Part shown: positions 54,921-64,000 of the stretch, piece after piece
Layout of the letters: the number at the start of each line of letters is the position of its first letter
How positions within the stretch are numbered: the first letter of the stretch is position 1
DNA from: an uncultured Actinomycetes bacterium
GTDB lineage: Bacteria; Actinomycetota; Thermoleophilia; UBA2241
Direction: 5' to 3'
NCBI GenBank assembly: GCA_963755025.1
Contig: CAVWIH010000015.1
Location: forward strand, 29,910 to 93,909
Length of the DNA stretch: 64,000 nt
Translations under genes and position numbers: made by a program
Notes under the pieces: model-generated
Databases searched by the model: none
The model's input: only the letters and a program-made list of their open reading frames with translations
Told to the model about the DNA's origin: nothing

Positions 54921-56498
54921 TTGTCGCTGCGCGGCCGTCTGCTGCTCGCCGTCGGCGCCGTCGCCCTCGTGGCGCTCGTCGCGGCCGACGTGACGACCTA
55001 CTCGTTGCTGCGCTCGTTCCTGTTCACGCGCGTCGACCAGACCCTCGACACGACCTACTTCTCGGTGGCGCCCATGCTGCGCGGCCGTCCGGCGCTGCCG
55101 GCCGGCGCGACCCCGACGTCGCGTCCCACGGCCGGGGCGGCGGCGACGCGGGCAAGCGGCTCGATCGGGGCGAGCGGCTCCGCCGGGGCGAGCGGTTCGA
55201 CCGGGGCGAGCGGCTCCGCCGGGGCGAGCGATTCGACGCCCCTCGGACCTGCTCCGGCCGGCGCCCTGTCGAGGCTGGCGCCGGGTACCTTCGTGCAGGA
55301 GCGCACGTCGTCGGGCGCCGTGGTGCCCAGCGTCGGGCAGGCGGCGATCGCGCCGGGCGGGCGAAGCTACACGCCGAAGCTGCCGGCCCACATCGCCGGC
55401 CTCGGCAAAGCGAGCGGAACGCCGGCCGTGTACTTCACGGTGAGCTCCACGCAGGCCGGCGGGCCGCAGTTTCGGGTGCGGGCCGCCACGGTCGCCGGCG
55501 GCCGGCAGCTGATCGTCGCCGCGCCGCTCGGCGACACGGTCGGCACGTTGCACCGCCTGCTGGCCGTCGAGCTCGCGGTCACGGCCGCCGCGCTGCTGGC
55601 CGCCGGTCTGCTCGGCTGGTGGCTCGTGCGCGTCGGGCTGCGGCCGTTACGGGCCATGGAACGGTCGGCCGAGGCGATCGCCGCCGGCGAGCCCGACCAG
55701 CGCGTCGCCGGCGAGAACGACCGCACCGAGGTCGGGAGGCTGGCGGGCGCCCTGAACGTGATGCTGGGGCGCATCCAGGCGGCCTTCGCCGAGCGCGACG
55801 CCACCGAGAGCGAGCTGCGCGCCTCTGAGGAGCGCATGCGCCACTTCGTCGCCGACGCCTCGCACGAGCTGCGCACCCCGCTCGCCGCGGTGTCCGCCTA
55901 CGCCGAGCTCTTCGAACGGGGCGCCGACCGAAAAGAGGCCGACCTCGGCCGCGTCATGCGCGGCATCCGCAACGAGAGCGGCCGCATGAAGGCACTCGTC
56001 GAAGACCTGTTGCTGCTCGCCAGACTCGACGAAGGCCGCCCCTTGACCCGCGAGCCGGTCGAGCTCGTGGGTCTCGCCGCCGAGGCCGTGCAGACGGCGC
56101 ACACCGTCGGCGCGGAGTGGCCGGTGCGCATCGACGCCGTCCTGCCGGTCGAGACCATGGGCGACCGCGACCGCCTGCGCCAGGTGCTCGACAACCTGCT
56201 GGTGAACGTGCGCACCCATACGCCGGCCGGCACCACGACGACGATCAGCCTGTCCGGCGACGACGGGGTCGCCATCATCGCGGTGGCCGACGACGGGCCG
56301 GGGCTCGACGCCGACATGGCCGCTCAGGTGTTTGAGCGGTTCTACCGGGCCGATCCGTCGCGCTCGCGCGCCCACGGCGGCGCCGGCCTCGGCCTGGCCA
56401 TCGTCAAGGCGATCGTCACGGCTCACGGCGGCGAGGTGAGCGCCGGCGCCGCGCCGGGCGGCGGCGCGCTCTTCACCGTGCGCCTGCCGACAGCCTGA
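54921..56498 (+). CDS. HAMP-domain sensor histidine kinase (PhoR-like)
   Basis: Two TMs, HAMP ([13 protein letters not shown]), [35 protein letters not shown]. Confidence 0.95.
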   Translation: MSLRGRLLLAVGAVALVALVAADVTTYSLLRSFLFTRVDQTLDTTYFSVAPMLRGRPALPAGATPTSRPTAGAAATRASGSIGASGSAGASGSTGASGSAGASDSTPLGPAPAGALSRLAPGTFVQERTSSGAVVPSVGQAAIAPGGRSYTPKLPAHIAGLGKASGTPAVYFTVSSTQAGGPQFRVRAATVAGGRQLIVAAPLGDTVGTLHRLLAVELAVTAAALLAAGLLGWWLVRVGLRPLRAMERSAEAIAAGEPDQRVAGENDRTEVGRLAGALNVMLGRIQAAFAERDATESELRASEERMRHFVADASHELRTPLAAVSAYAELFERGADRKEADLGRVMRGIRNESGRMKALVEDLLLLARLDEGRPLTREPVELVGLAAEAVQTAHTVGAEWPVRIDAVLPVETMGDRDRLRQVLDNLLVNVRTHTPAGTTTTISLSGDDGVAIIAVADDGPGLDADMAAQVFERFYRADPSRSRAHGGAGLGLAIVKAIVTAHGGEVSAGAAPGGGALFTVRLPTA

Positions 56499-56770
56499 GC
56501 GCCCGTCAGAGCGGCTCCGGCTCGCAGGACCGTGGGGCGGCGCCTCGCCTTCGCCCGGCCGACCGCGATCACAAACGACCCGGAGGGCGCCTGCCGAGGT
56601 TCGCTCCTCGGCGCAGTGGGGAAGCATGTGCGGAAGCGACAGACCGTGGGCTGGCGGTCGTGGTCGTCTCGCTTTCCGCCGCTTCCTCGTTTGCTTCGAA
56701 CGACGAGAGCGGCGCAGCGCGGGGCGGCGACGCCGGGGCCGGAGGAAACGTCCGGAGCTGGAGGGTGCCG

Positions 56771-57190
56771 GTGCAAGCAGCAACCAGAGACGAGCTGTGC
56801 CTCGCCGTGCCGATCGACGTCGGCAGCCTGGCAGGCCTGCGCTGGCAGGCCTGGTCGTATCTCGCGGCGGCCGGCGTCGCGTCGGGCATGATCGAAGACG
56901 TCCTGATCGCCCTGCACGAGGCGGTGGCCAACGCCCTGCTGCACAGCGGCGCCCGCGACGACGTCGAGGTGCGCGTCAAAGCGGACCGCGTGAGCGTCGT
57001 CGTCGAGGTGGTCGACACCGGCCGCGGCATCGGCCCCGGCGTCGCCCTGCCGCCGCGGCCTCCGAGGCTCGCCGACGAGGGCGGCAGGGGACTCTTCATG
57101 ATCTGGTCTCTCATGAGCTCCGTGGAGTTCTTGCCGGGCCCGGGCACGCATCTGGTGATGTTCAAGGAGCTCTATCCCCGGCGCGTCTAG
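56771..57190 (+). CDS. Anti-sigma factor / Ser-Thr kinase (RsbW-like HATPase)
   Basis: LHEAVANALLHSG, VVDTGRG, EGGRGLFMI; GTG start after GGAGG. Confidence 0.85.
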   Translation: MQAATRDELCLAVPIDVGSLAGLRWQAWSYLAAAGVASGMIEDVLIALHEAVANALLHSGARDDVEVRVKADRVSVVVEVVDTGRGIGPGVALPPRPPRLADEGGRGLFMIWSLMSSVEFLPGPGTHLVMFKELYPRRV

Positions 57191-57426
57191 GCGGACGTCG
57201 CGACCGCGGCTCGCGCCGCCGGGCCGGGGCGCGATCCGCAGGGCGGCAGCGGCGGCGGCCTTGCGCGCGAGGGTACAATGACCTTGTGGTCAGCCTTCCG
57301 ACGAACGCATAAGGGGCCGAGACTCGGAGGGGGCCAAGCGTCGCCGGTCGTCGCCCGGCAAGGGCTACGGGCGCGGCGCGCCGGAGCCCTTGTGAACACC
57401 ACGATCGCACGCCGCTCGACGCAGGC

Positions 57427-59034
57427 GTGCCGGAGGCCGGTTTGACGAAAGTGCGCGTGTTGGTCGTGACCGCCGTGGTGGTCGTGGTCGTTCTCGGTGT
57501 CCTGGCCGGGGCGGCCATCGTCTTCTGGCCCAAGGTCCACGTACGCCCCGCCGCCCAGGCCCTGGCGAGCGTGACCCTGCCCGGCTTCGCCGGCCGCGTC
57601 GTCGCCGTGCAGGCGAGCTCGGCGGGCGAAGGCGCCGTGCCGCTGCGTCTCACACACGGGCAGATCTGGCCGCTCCGTCGGGTGGCCGCCGGTCGCCCGC
57701 TGACCGTCCAGGTCACCGTGCGCCGGCCGGGCTGGGCGGGCTGGCTCGTCGGCCACCTCGAGCGGCGCACGTTCGCGGTCGCCACGCCCACCGCCCACCT
57801 GCTCGGCCGCTGGCTTCAGGTCAAGACAGGGTCGCCGGTGACGGTGGCCTTCGACGCTCCCGTCACCCTGGTGGCGCTGCGCAGGTCGGCCGCCAGGCAG
57901 CTGGCCGCGCCGCAGAAGGTCGTGCCGATCGGCGTGGTCGCCAGCGGCGCGTCGGGTGCCGGCGCGATCGACGTGGCCGCCGCCGCGCGTTCGTGGGAAC
58001 GACTGCCCGCCCCGGTCAAGGTGAGCTGGTTCCCGGCCCGGCCGTACGCTCAGGTGCTGGTCGAGCCGGCGCCCGCGGCCAAGCTGGCGCCGGCCGCGCG
58101 CCTGACCCTCACGTTCTCAGAACCCGTCAGCACCGTCTTCGGCGCCGCGCGGCCGCGACTCACGCCGGCCACCACCGGGCGCTGGCACGTGCTCGACGCT
58201 CACACGCTGGCCTTTCAGCCGAGCGGCCTGGGGTTCGGACTCGGTGGCGACGTCACCGTCGACCTGCCGGTCGGCGTGCACCTGGCGGGGCAGGCGGGCG
58301 CTACGCTCACGCGCAGCCTGCACTGGAGCGTCCCCGAGGGTTCGCTGCTGCGCCTCCAGCAGCTCCTCGCCGGGCTGGGCTACCTGCCCCTCGACTGGCA
58401 GCAGACCGCCGGCGCCGCGCCGAAGTCGCTCTCGGGCCAGCTCGAGGCGGCCGTCTCGCCGCCCGCCGGGCGTTTCACCTGGCGCTTCGCCAATACCCCC
58501 CCGGAGCTGCGCGAGCTGTGGTCGACCGGGCGCGCCAACACCATCACGCGCGGCGCCGTCATGATGTTCGAGGACACGCACCAGATGACCGTCGACGGCC
58601 TCGCCGGGCCCAGGGTCTGGCAGGCGCTGATCTCCGACACGCTCGCCGGTCGCCGCCGCACGAGCGGCTACAGCTACGTCTTCGTGCACCGCACCCTGCC
58701 GCAGTCGCTCAACCTCTGGCACAACGGGCACGTCATCCTGACCTCGCCGGGCAACACCGGCGTGCCGGCGGCCCCCACGCAGCTCGGCAGCTTCCCGGTG
58801 TTCGAGCACATCGCGGTGGGCACCATGAGCGGCACCAACCCCGACGGTTCCCACTACAACGACCCCGGCATACGCTGGATCAGCTACTTCAACGGCGGCG
58901 ACGCGCTGCACTCCTTCAACCGCGCGTCGTTCGGTACACCGCAGAGCCTGGGCTGCGTCGAGCTGCCGCTGGCCGCCGCCGCCAAGGTCTGGCCCTACAC
59001 GCCGATCGGCACGATCGTCACTATCGAAAGCTGA
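57427..59034 (+). CDS. L,D-transpeptidase (YkuD) family protein with Ig-like and PG-binding regions
   Basis: N-terminal TM, RLQQLLAGLGYLP, VDGLAGP, NTG...PT..G.F, ALH...SLGCVEL, IGTIVTI; alternative TTG start at 57442. Confidence 0.88.
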   Translation: MPEAGLTKVRVLVVTAVVVVVVLGVLAGAAIVFWPKVHVRPAAQALASVTLPGFAGRVVAVQASSAGEGAVPLRLTHGQIWPLRRVAAGRPLTVQVTVRRPGWAGWLVGHLERRTFAVATPTAHLLGRWLQVKTGSPVTVAFDAPVTLVALRRSAARQLAAPQKVVPIGVVASGASGAGAIDVAAAARSWERLPAPVKVSWFPARPYAQVLVEPAPAAKLAPAARLTLTFSEPVSTVFGAARPRLTPATTGRWHVLDAHTLAFQPSGLGFGLGGDVTVDLPVGVHLAGQAGATLTRSLHWSVPEGSLLRLQQLLAGLGYLPLDWQQTAGAAPKSLSGQLEAAVSPPAGRFTWRFANTPPELRELWSTGRANTITRGAVMMFEDTHQMTVDGLAGPRVWQALISDTLAGRRRTSGYSYVFVHRTLPQSLNLWHNGHVILTSPGNTGVPAAPTQLGSFPVFEHIAVGTMSGTNPDGSHYNDPGIRWISYFNGGDALHSFNRASFGTPQSLGCVELPLAAAAKVWPYTPIGTIVTIES

Positions 59035-59049
59035 CGAGCGCCGCGACGC

Positions 59050-59440
59050 ATGAGCGACCGACCGGACGTGTTCAACGTGCTGCGCGGCGAGGCGCTCGAG
59101 GTCTCCCCGTCGCCGTACGGGAGCATCGGCCGCCTTGCCGCGGCCGAGGGCATCGAGGTGGTCGGGGTGTCGAAAGACGACGAAGAGGTCGATCCCGGCT
59201 GGTTCAGCCAGTGTCGATGTGGTCCTCGTCGTCCAGGGGCAGTTGCGCTGCGAGTTCGCCGATGCCGGTCTCGCCGCCCGCGTGCTCGACGTGGGTGACT
59301 GCCTCGTCCTGCCCGCCACTACCAGGTGCCGCGCCTACCGCTGGCCGCGCGATAGCCACGAAGCGACCGTCTTTGTCGCCATGTACCCGCATACCGCCGC
59401 GGGCGGCGCTCCCGACCGGCCCGCCCACGGGCCGTCCTGA
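59050..59440 (+). pseudogene. Cupin-domain protein, frameshifted near 59210
   Basis: MSDRPDVFN...PGWFSQ continues in the +1 frame as VDVVLVVQGQLRCEF...LDVGDCLVLPA (cupin motif 2). Confidence 0.65.
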
Positions 59441-59829
59441 CAGAGGCGCGCAGCTTCCAGATGCTCGTCGTCGCGGGGGTCGCGCTCGCCCACGGTGGGG
59501 CGAGCAGCCGCGACTGACCGACGAGCGGCGCCGCTGAGTCGCCCCGAAAGGGCGGCGCCGAGCTCGCCTGAGGGCGAGGGTAGGGCCGTGCTCGACGCGG
59601 CGGCCTTCGCCCCGACCGGCATCGAGGCGCTCGGCGCCGGCGCGCCCCGCAGAGCCGCGCTGCCGACACGCGCCGCAGTCGGGCCGTCTGGCGCCGAGCG
59701 GCGCCTCATGCGAAGTACCCGGTTCGCGTGCGGCCTACCGTGGCGCGTCGTTGGCGGCGGGGTGGCGGCGGCGGGCGAGCGCGGCCGAGGGCCGCGGCGC
59801 AAGGCTATTGCGCCGTTTCCCGCCGGACG

Positions 59830-60555
59830 TCAGGGGCTGGCCGAGGGGCTCGGCGTCACGCTGGGTGATGGCGCCACAGAGGTGCTCGGCGCGGGCGCGC
59901 CCGACGAGGTGGGCGTGGGCGTCACCGACGGCGGCGGCGAGCTCGTCGGCGTCGGTGTCGGCGTCGGTGTCGGTGTGGTCGACGGTGTGGGCGTCGGCGT
60001 CGCTGTCGCCGACGGTGAGGGTGTCGGTGTCGGCGTCGCTGTCGTCGACGGTGAGGGTGTGGGTGTCGGTGTACCGGACGGGCCGACGGTCGGGCCCACC
60101 GACGGCGTGGGGGTCGGGTGGCCGGGGGTCGAGCCCGCGCCCGCGCCGGAGCCCGAGCCCGGCGACGGCGGTTGCAAGACCGGCAGCGAGAGCACCGGCA
60201 GGACCGGGATGGTGAACGCGCCGGCGCCGCCGGCGAGGCCGATCACCAGCCTGCTCGAGGCCCCGATCGTGGGCCGCGCTTGCGCCGCCGACGAGGCTCC
60301 GCCGGAACCGGCGAGCGACGGATCGGCGCTCGCGCCGGGCAGCGGCGTGACGGCGCCGAGCGCCGCGCTTCCGGCGCTGTGGTTGTCGGCGCCGGCCCGC
60401 ACCACGCGCACGACGGTGATCGTCGCCGCGAGCGCGACGACGATCGCGGCCCAGACAAGGACCGTGCGCCGCCGCCGCCGGCGGCGCAGGTAGACCCAGT
60501 AGGGCTCGTCGGCGTCGCCGGGGCGCGGCAAGGGAAGATGATGCGACTCAGGCAA
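59830..60555 (-). CDS. Membrane-anchored Pro/Thr-rich hypothetical protein
   Basis: R7 stretch + TM, followed by PTPTPSP repeats. Confidence 0.55.
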   Translation of the reverse strand: MPESHHLPLPRPGDADEPYWVYLRRRRRRRTVLVWAAIVVALAATITVVRVVRAGADNHSAGSAALGAVTPLPGASADPSLAGSGGASSAAQARPTIGASSRLVIGLAGGAGAFTIPVLPVLSLPVLQPPSPGSGSGAGAGSTPGHPTPTPSVGPTVGPSGTPTPTPSPSTTATPTPTPSPSATATPTPTPSTTPTPTPTPTPTSSPPPSVTPTPTSSGAPAPSTSVAPSPSVTPSPSASP

Positions 60556-60651
60556 AAGGGCCTCGCGCGGTCGGACCTGCAGCGCCGTCGGGCGGCGCTG
60601 CAGGTCAGGTACCCGCGCCGGCGGCGGCCTACCGGGCCGCCGCCGTTTGCC

Positions 60652-62184
60652 TTACCTCACTGTCAGCGTTCGAGCGCCGATCCTGGACTGGCGGTTGCCG
60701 GCCGAGTCGGTGGCCGACACCTTCCAGGTGTACTTGCCCTTCTTGAGCTTCACCTTGAAGGCGTAGGTGAGCTTGCGGTTCGTGCGCGCCTTGACGATGG
60801 TGATGCGCTTCACGACCTTCTTCTTGAGATAGATCGTGATGGTCACCTTCGCCGTACCGCAGCTCGGCGACGCGTCCTTGATCTGGTAGCCGAGCTTGGC
60901 CAGTGCCTTCGCCTTGACGGCGACGTTCTTGAGGGCCAGGCAGACGGGCTTGCCGAGGTCGATGCGCACGGTCGCGGAGCGCGCCGGCGTCTCGATGGTG
61001 CCGGCGGTGTTCACGGAACGGTAGAGCACGGTCGCCTGTCCGGCAGTGCGGAACACGAGCGGCACTCCCGTCGCAATCGGCGTCCAGGTCGCGCCGGCGT
61101 CGAGCGAGTACTCGGTGCATGCGATGGGCGCGCCGCTGCCCGGCGTGGCGCTGAAGGTGAGCGAGACCGCCCGGTCGACCCAGGGAGCCGACGGCAGGCC
61201 GTGGACGATGGTGTTGGGCATGGTCGGGTCGAGGTTCACCGTGAAGCTGCCGACCGGCGTCGCGTTGCCGAGCGCGTCGCTTGCGGTGTACTCGTACGTT
61301 ACGCTCTGCGGCTGGCCGTTGCCCGGCAGCGGGACGTCGACCGTGGTCTGCGTCGCGGCCGTCGTCGTCCAGGCCGTCGCGCCCTGCAGGCGGTAGCTCA
61401 GCTGGCTCACGCCGGCGCCGGCGTCACTTGCCTGCAACGTCACGGTGACGGCGCTGTTGTGCCAGTAGGCGTCGGCGTCGTTGGTGACGATCGGCCCCTG
61501 CGTGTCGATCTTCACGGTGCACTGCGCGATCGCGCTCGGGTTACCGGCGTTGTCGGTCGCCTGGTAGTCGAAGGTGTGCAGGCCGTCGTTCGAACCGTCG
61601 GCCGGCGCGGCGACCGGGATCGTGGCCTGCGGGCCGCTTACGGTCGTCCAGGTCGACGAACCCGCCGGGCGCCATGAGGTGGTCGCGACGCCGCTGCCGT
61701 TCGCGCCGTCGTCGGCATTCACCGTGACGGACACCTGGCCGTTGTGCCAGGCGCCGTCGGCGTTGTCGCTCACCAGCGGCGGCGCCGCGTCGATGTTGAC
61801 GTAGCCGACGTTGGCGCCGGAAGTGCCGCCGTGCTGCTCGACGTTGCCGGCCGCGTCGACCGACCAGTACTCGACGGTGTGTGAACCGTCGCCGCTCACC
61901 TGGAACGGTGCACTGTAGGTCTGCCGGGCGCCGCCGTCGATCGAGTAGTAGGTGACCGCGGCGCCGCCGGTCACGCCCGAGGTCAGGTCGCTCGGGCTGA
62001 GCGTCACCGTCTGGGGAGACGTGGTCGTCCACCCGGTCGTCGAGCTTGTCTGGAGCCCCTGGGTCGCTGTGGTGGGCGGGGTCTGGTCGACGTTCAGGTA
62101 GCAGGTCTGCGGCACGCCCGTGACGCCGACCGAGTTCTCGGCGTAGTAGACGACCTCATGGCTGCCGTCGGTGCTCTCGTTGAC
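60652..62184 (-). CDS. Surface/secreted protein with tandem Ig-like (OmpL47-type) repeats and a Lys-rich C-terminal domain; 5' part missing at a junction
   Basis: Repeated ID..PP...VTL.A.D..SGV...Y...GSH.V.Y.S.D.AGN units. The 928-aa ORF upstream of 62184 is antisense to other genes. Confidence 0.75.
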   Translation of the reverse strand, partial: VNESTDGSHEVVYYAENSVGVTGVPQTCYLNVDQTPPTTATQGLQTSSTTGWTTTSPQTVTLSPSDLTSGVTGGAAVTYYSIDGGARQTYSAPFQVSGDGSHTVEYWSVDAAGNVEQHGGTSGANVGYVNIDAAPPLVSDNADGAWHNGQVSVTVNADDGANGSGVATTSWRPAGSSTWTTVSGPQATIPVAAPADGSNDGLHTFDYQATDNAGNPSAIAQCTVKIDTQGPIVTNDADAYWHNSAVTVTLQASDAGAGVSQLSYRLQGATAWTTTAATQTTVDVPLPGNGQPQSVTYEYTASDALGNATPVGSFTVNLDPTMPNTIVHGLPSAPWVDRAVSLTFSATPGSGAPIACTEYSLDAGATWTPIATGVPLVFRTAGQATVLYRSVNTAGTIETPARSATVRIDLGKPVCLALKNVAVKAKALAKLGYQIKDASPSCGTAKVTITIYLKKKVVKRITIVKARTNRKLTYAFKVKLKKGKYTWKVSATDSAGNRQSRIGARTLTVR

Positions 62185-62406
62185 CGCAGCGCCGACCTGC
62201 ACCGCATAGAGTCGCCCACCCTGGTGACCGTCGGCCGTTTCGACGAGATCACGCCGGCCTGTGCGCAGACGATCGTCGAGGGCATCGCCGGAGCGCGCCT
62301 CGCGGTGTTCGAGCAGTCCGGCCACTACGCCCACGAAGAAGAGCCCGAAGCCTACGTCGCCGTGGTCGACGAGTTCCTGGGCGCGGTCGAGCAGGCCGCC
62401 GTCTAA
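62182..62406 (+). pseudogene. C-terminal fragment of proline iminopeptidase-family alpha/beta hydrolase
   Basis: DRSADLHRIESPTLVTVGRFDEITP...FEQSGHYAHEEEPE...EFL; no N-terminus. Confidence 0.75.
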
Positions 62407-62471
62407 GCCATGGCCGTCCGTGAACATGCCAGAGCCGCCGGCGCCGCCGGCGCGTCGTGAAGGAGGGTACT

Positions 62472-63126
62472 GTGACCGGTGCCGGACATGAGGGTCCCAG
62501 TCTCGAGCGCAACGCCATCGGTCTGCGCGAGGTCCTGTTTCAGTCGGTGACGGCCATGGCGCCGTCACGCCACGGGGCGCATCCGCCTGTTCCCCAAGAT
62601 GCTCGCCACCGTGCACCCCCGCTTCTGCTCGCCGCATGTGGCGGTCATGGTCGAGTCGGTGATCGCCCTGGCGCTGGCGCTGTGGCTCGGCTTCCAGTAC
62701 TCGCCGTACACCGCCTTCCTGCTCATGGCGACGATCTTCACGCTGATCCTGATCCTCGTCTACATCGCCGTGCTCATCGCCTGCATCACCTACTACCGGC
62801 GCTTCCAGCGCGCCGAGTTCAACGTGATCATGCACGGCCTCATCCCGCTGCTGGGGATCGCCGTGTTCGTGCCGGTGTTCCTGACCGCCGCGGGCATCCC
62901 CGCCTTCAGCTTCGTCGCCAAGCTCTCCTACCCGATCTCGCTGGCGGGACCGGTCGTCGGGGTGTGGATGGCGATCGGCGTCGTGTACCTCGTCTACCTG
63001 CACAACCGCCATCCGCAACGGCTGGCCGACACCGCGATGGTGTTCGTCGACGAGCCCATCGGCGGCCCCGACGGCGGCCTGGCGGGCGTCGGCACGCAGC
63101 CCGAGCCGGTCGGCATCGAGCCATGA
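62472..63126 (+). pseudogene. APC family permease with large internal deletion
   Basis: LERNAIGLREVLFQSVTAMAP (N-terminus) joined out of frame at ~62565 to GRIRLFPKMLATVHPRF...(last ~4 TMs). Confidence 0.75.
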
Positions 63127-63457
63127 GCGCGGTCGTCGAGGGCGGGGGGGCGGTCGTGAAGATCCATGAGGGCATGATCGACGTACCCGGGGGGCGTGTC
63201 TGGTATCGCAGCGTCGGCGAGGCGGCCCCCTCTGCTCTGCCTGCACGGGGGTCCCGGAATGACGCACAACTACATCGACCCGCTCGAGGACTTGGGCGAC
63301 CGCCGCCGGGTGATCTTCTACGATCAGCTCGGTTGCAGGCGCTCTGACCGGCCCGACGACACCTCGCTGTGGACGGTGCCGCACTTCGTGCGCGAGCTCG
63401 AAGCGGTGCGCGGCGCGCTCGGGCTCGACCGCTTTCACCTGTTCGGCAGCTCGTGGG
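63123..63457 (+). pseudogene. N-terminal fragment of proline iminopeptidase-family hydrolase (frameshift ~63225, truncated at the nucleophile motif)
   Basis: GGRVWYRSVG / PLLCLHGGPG...FYDQLGC...HLFGSSW then breaks; ATGA overlap with the APC gene. Confidence 0.78.
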
Positions 63458-63617
63458 CGACCTGGAGAAGCGCAGGGTGCGTCTGTCGAACCAGCGTTGT
63501 ATATTCGCTTTTGTTCGCCATAGACATCCTACTGCCGAGCGGCCGTCACGTCAAGCCGGATGTGAATGGGCCCCCGTTCTAGCCATCCCGAGCGAGTCCG
63601 CTGCGGGGTGCCCCGTT

Positions 63618-63655
63618 TGTCATCCCGACCGAGCGAAGCGAGTCGACGGACCTGC
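63618..63655 (+). repeat. REP-like element GTCATCCCGACCGAGCGAAGCGAGTCGACGGACCTGC
   Basis: Resembles the GTCATCC...GAGCGAAGCGA...GGACC repetitive palindrome family; partial copy at ~63584. Confidence 0.5.
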
Positions 63656-63686
63656 TTCTCTCAACTCCCTTGGCGGGGGCGGTCCC

Positions 63687-63722
63687 GACAACTGACCACT
63701 GACCACTGACAACTGGCCACTG
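63687..63722 (+). repeat. 7-bp tandem repeat GAC(C/A)ACT x5
   Basis: gacaact gaccact gaccact gacaact ggccact. Confidence 0.85.
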
Positions 63723-63723
63723 C

Positions 63724-64000
63724 CTACTTCAGGTTCTTCTGCAAAAAATCTTGCGTCAATTTCTGTGCTTGGCTGTGTCGTCAGCCCGGTATGCCTGCTC
63801 ATTATTGGGATTTTCAAAGCCATGCCCTGCGTCCAGGAAAATGTCAATGTCGGCTTTCTTGTCCAGAGCAGTCATCTCGGTTTCAAACGTGTGCACGTCG
63901 GCGACAGAAATGCCTTTGTCCTGGCCGCCGAAAATCCCGAGTATCGACGCGTGGATTTTCTTGTGTGTGTGGGGGCCCTGAGGAAATATCCCAATCAATT
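63724..64000 (-). CDS. Dienelactone hydrolase family protein, C-terminal part (frameshift ~63770)
   Basis: ILGIFGGQDKGI...DAGHGFENPNN..YRADD, continuing in another frame as AQKLTQDFLQKNLK*; much lower GC than the rest of the window. Confidence 0.75.

Noticed and set aside
60652-63438. 928-aa surface protein as a single gene
   Set aside because: Sequence upstream of ~62184 is antisense to peptidase and permease fragments; only the C-terminal ~510 aa are genuine.
1-64000. tRNA, rRNA, integrase or transposase genes
   Set aside because: No cloverleaf/T-loop signatures, rRNA motifs, or DDE/tyrosine-recombinase ORFs recognised by eye; tRNAscan-SE and ISEScan would be needed to exclude them formally.

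Overview
Very GC-rich bacterial DNA with actinobacterial gene content. Thermoleophilia-like origin is an inference from the Lys-rich C-terminal surface-protein domain and the PhoP-like regulator; HydG and the Mo-hydroxylase suggest an anaerobic lifestyle. About 58 CDSs or fragments are present. They cover lipid and envelope enzymes, amino-acid transport and metabolism, a group-2 sigma factor, a three-subunit xanthine-dehydrogenase-family enzyme, a J-domain/TPR/GrpE module without DnaK, a 7-gene polysaccharide cluster, MoxR/VWA, MltG, HydG plus TM1266 regulator, a PhoP/PhoR-like two-component system and an L,D-transpeptidase. No rRNA, tRNA, CRISPR array or transposase was recognised. The most notable signals are: (i) a divergent J-domain / Cys-ladder TPR-GrpE module with sigma-28-like promoters on both sides; (ii) five 11-bp-period TCACAGC/TCTCAGC boxes that define a candidate regulon of the PhoP-like regulator; (iii) a canonical C2H2 zinc finger at the N-terminus of a polytopic membrane protein in the polysaccharide cluster; (iv) an uncharacterised ~450-aa enzyme-like protein behind an Lrp regulator; (v) hydG without hydE/F/A nearby. 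Several single-base frameshifts and a mosaic last ~1.8 kb (with a compositional jump at ~63460) indicate assembly or read errors. All family calls are from motif recognition by eye, not database searches.
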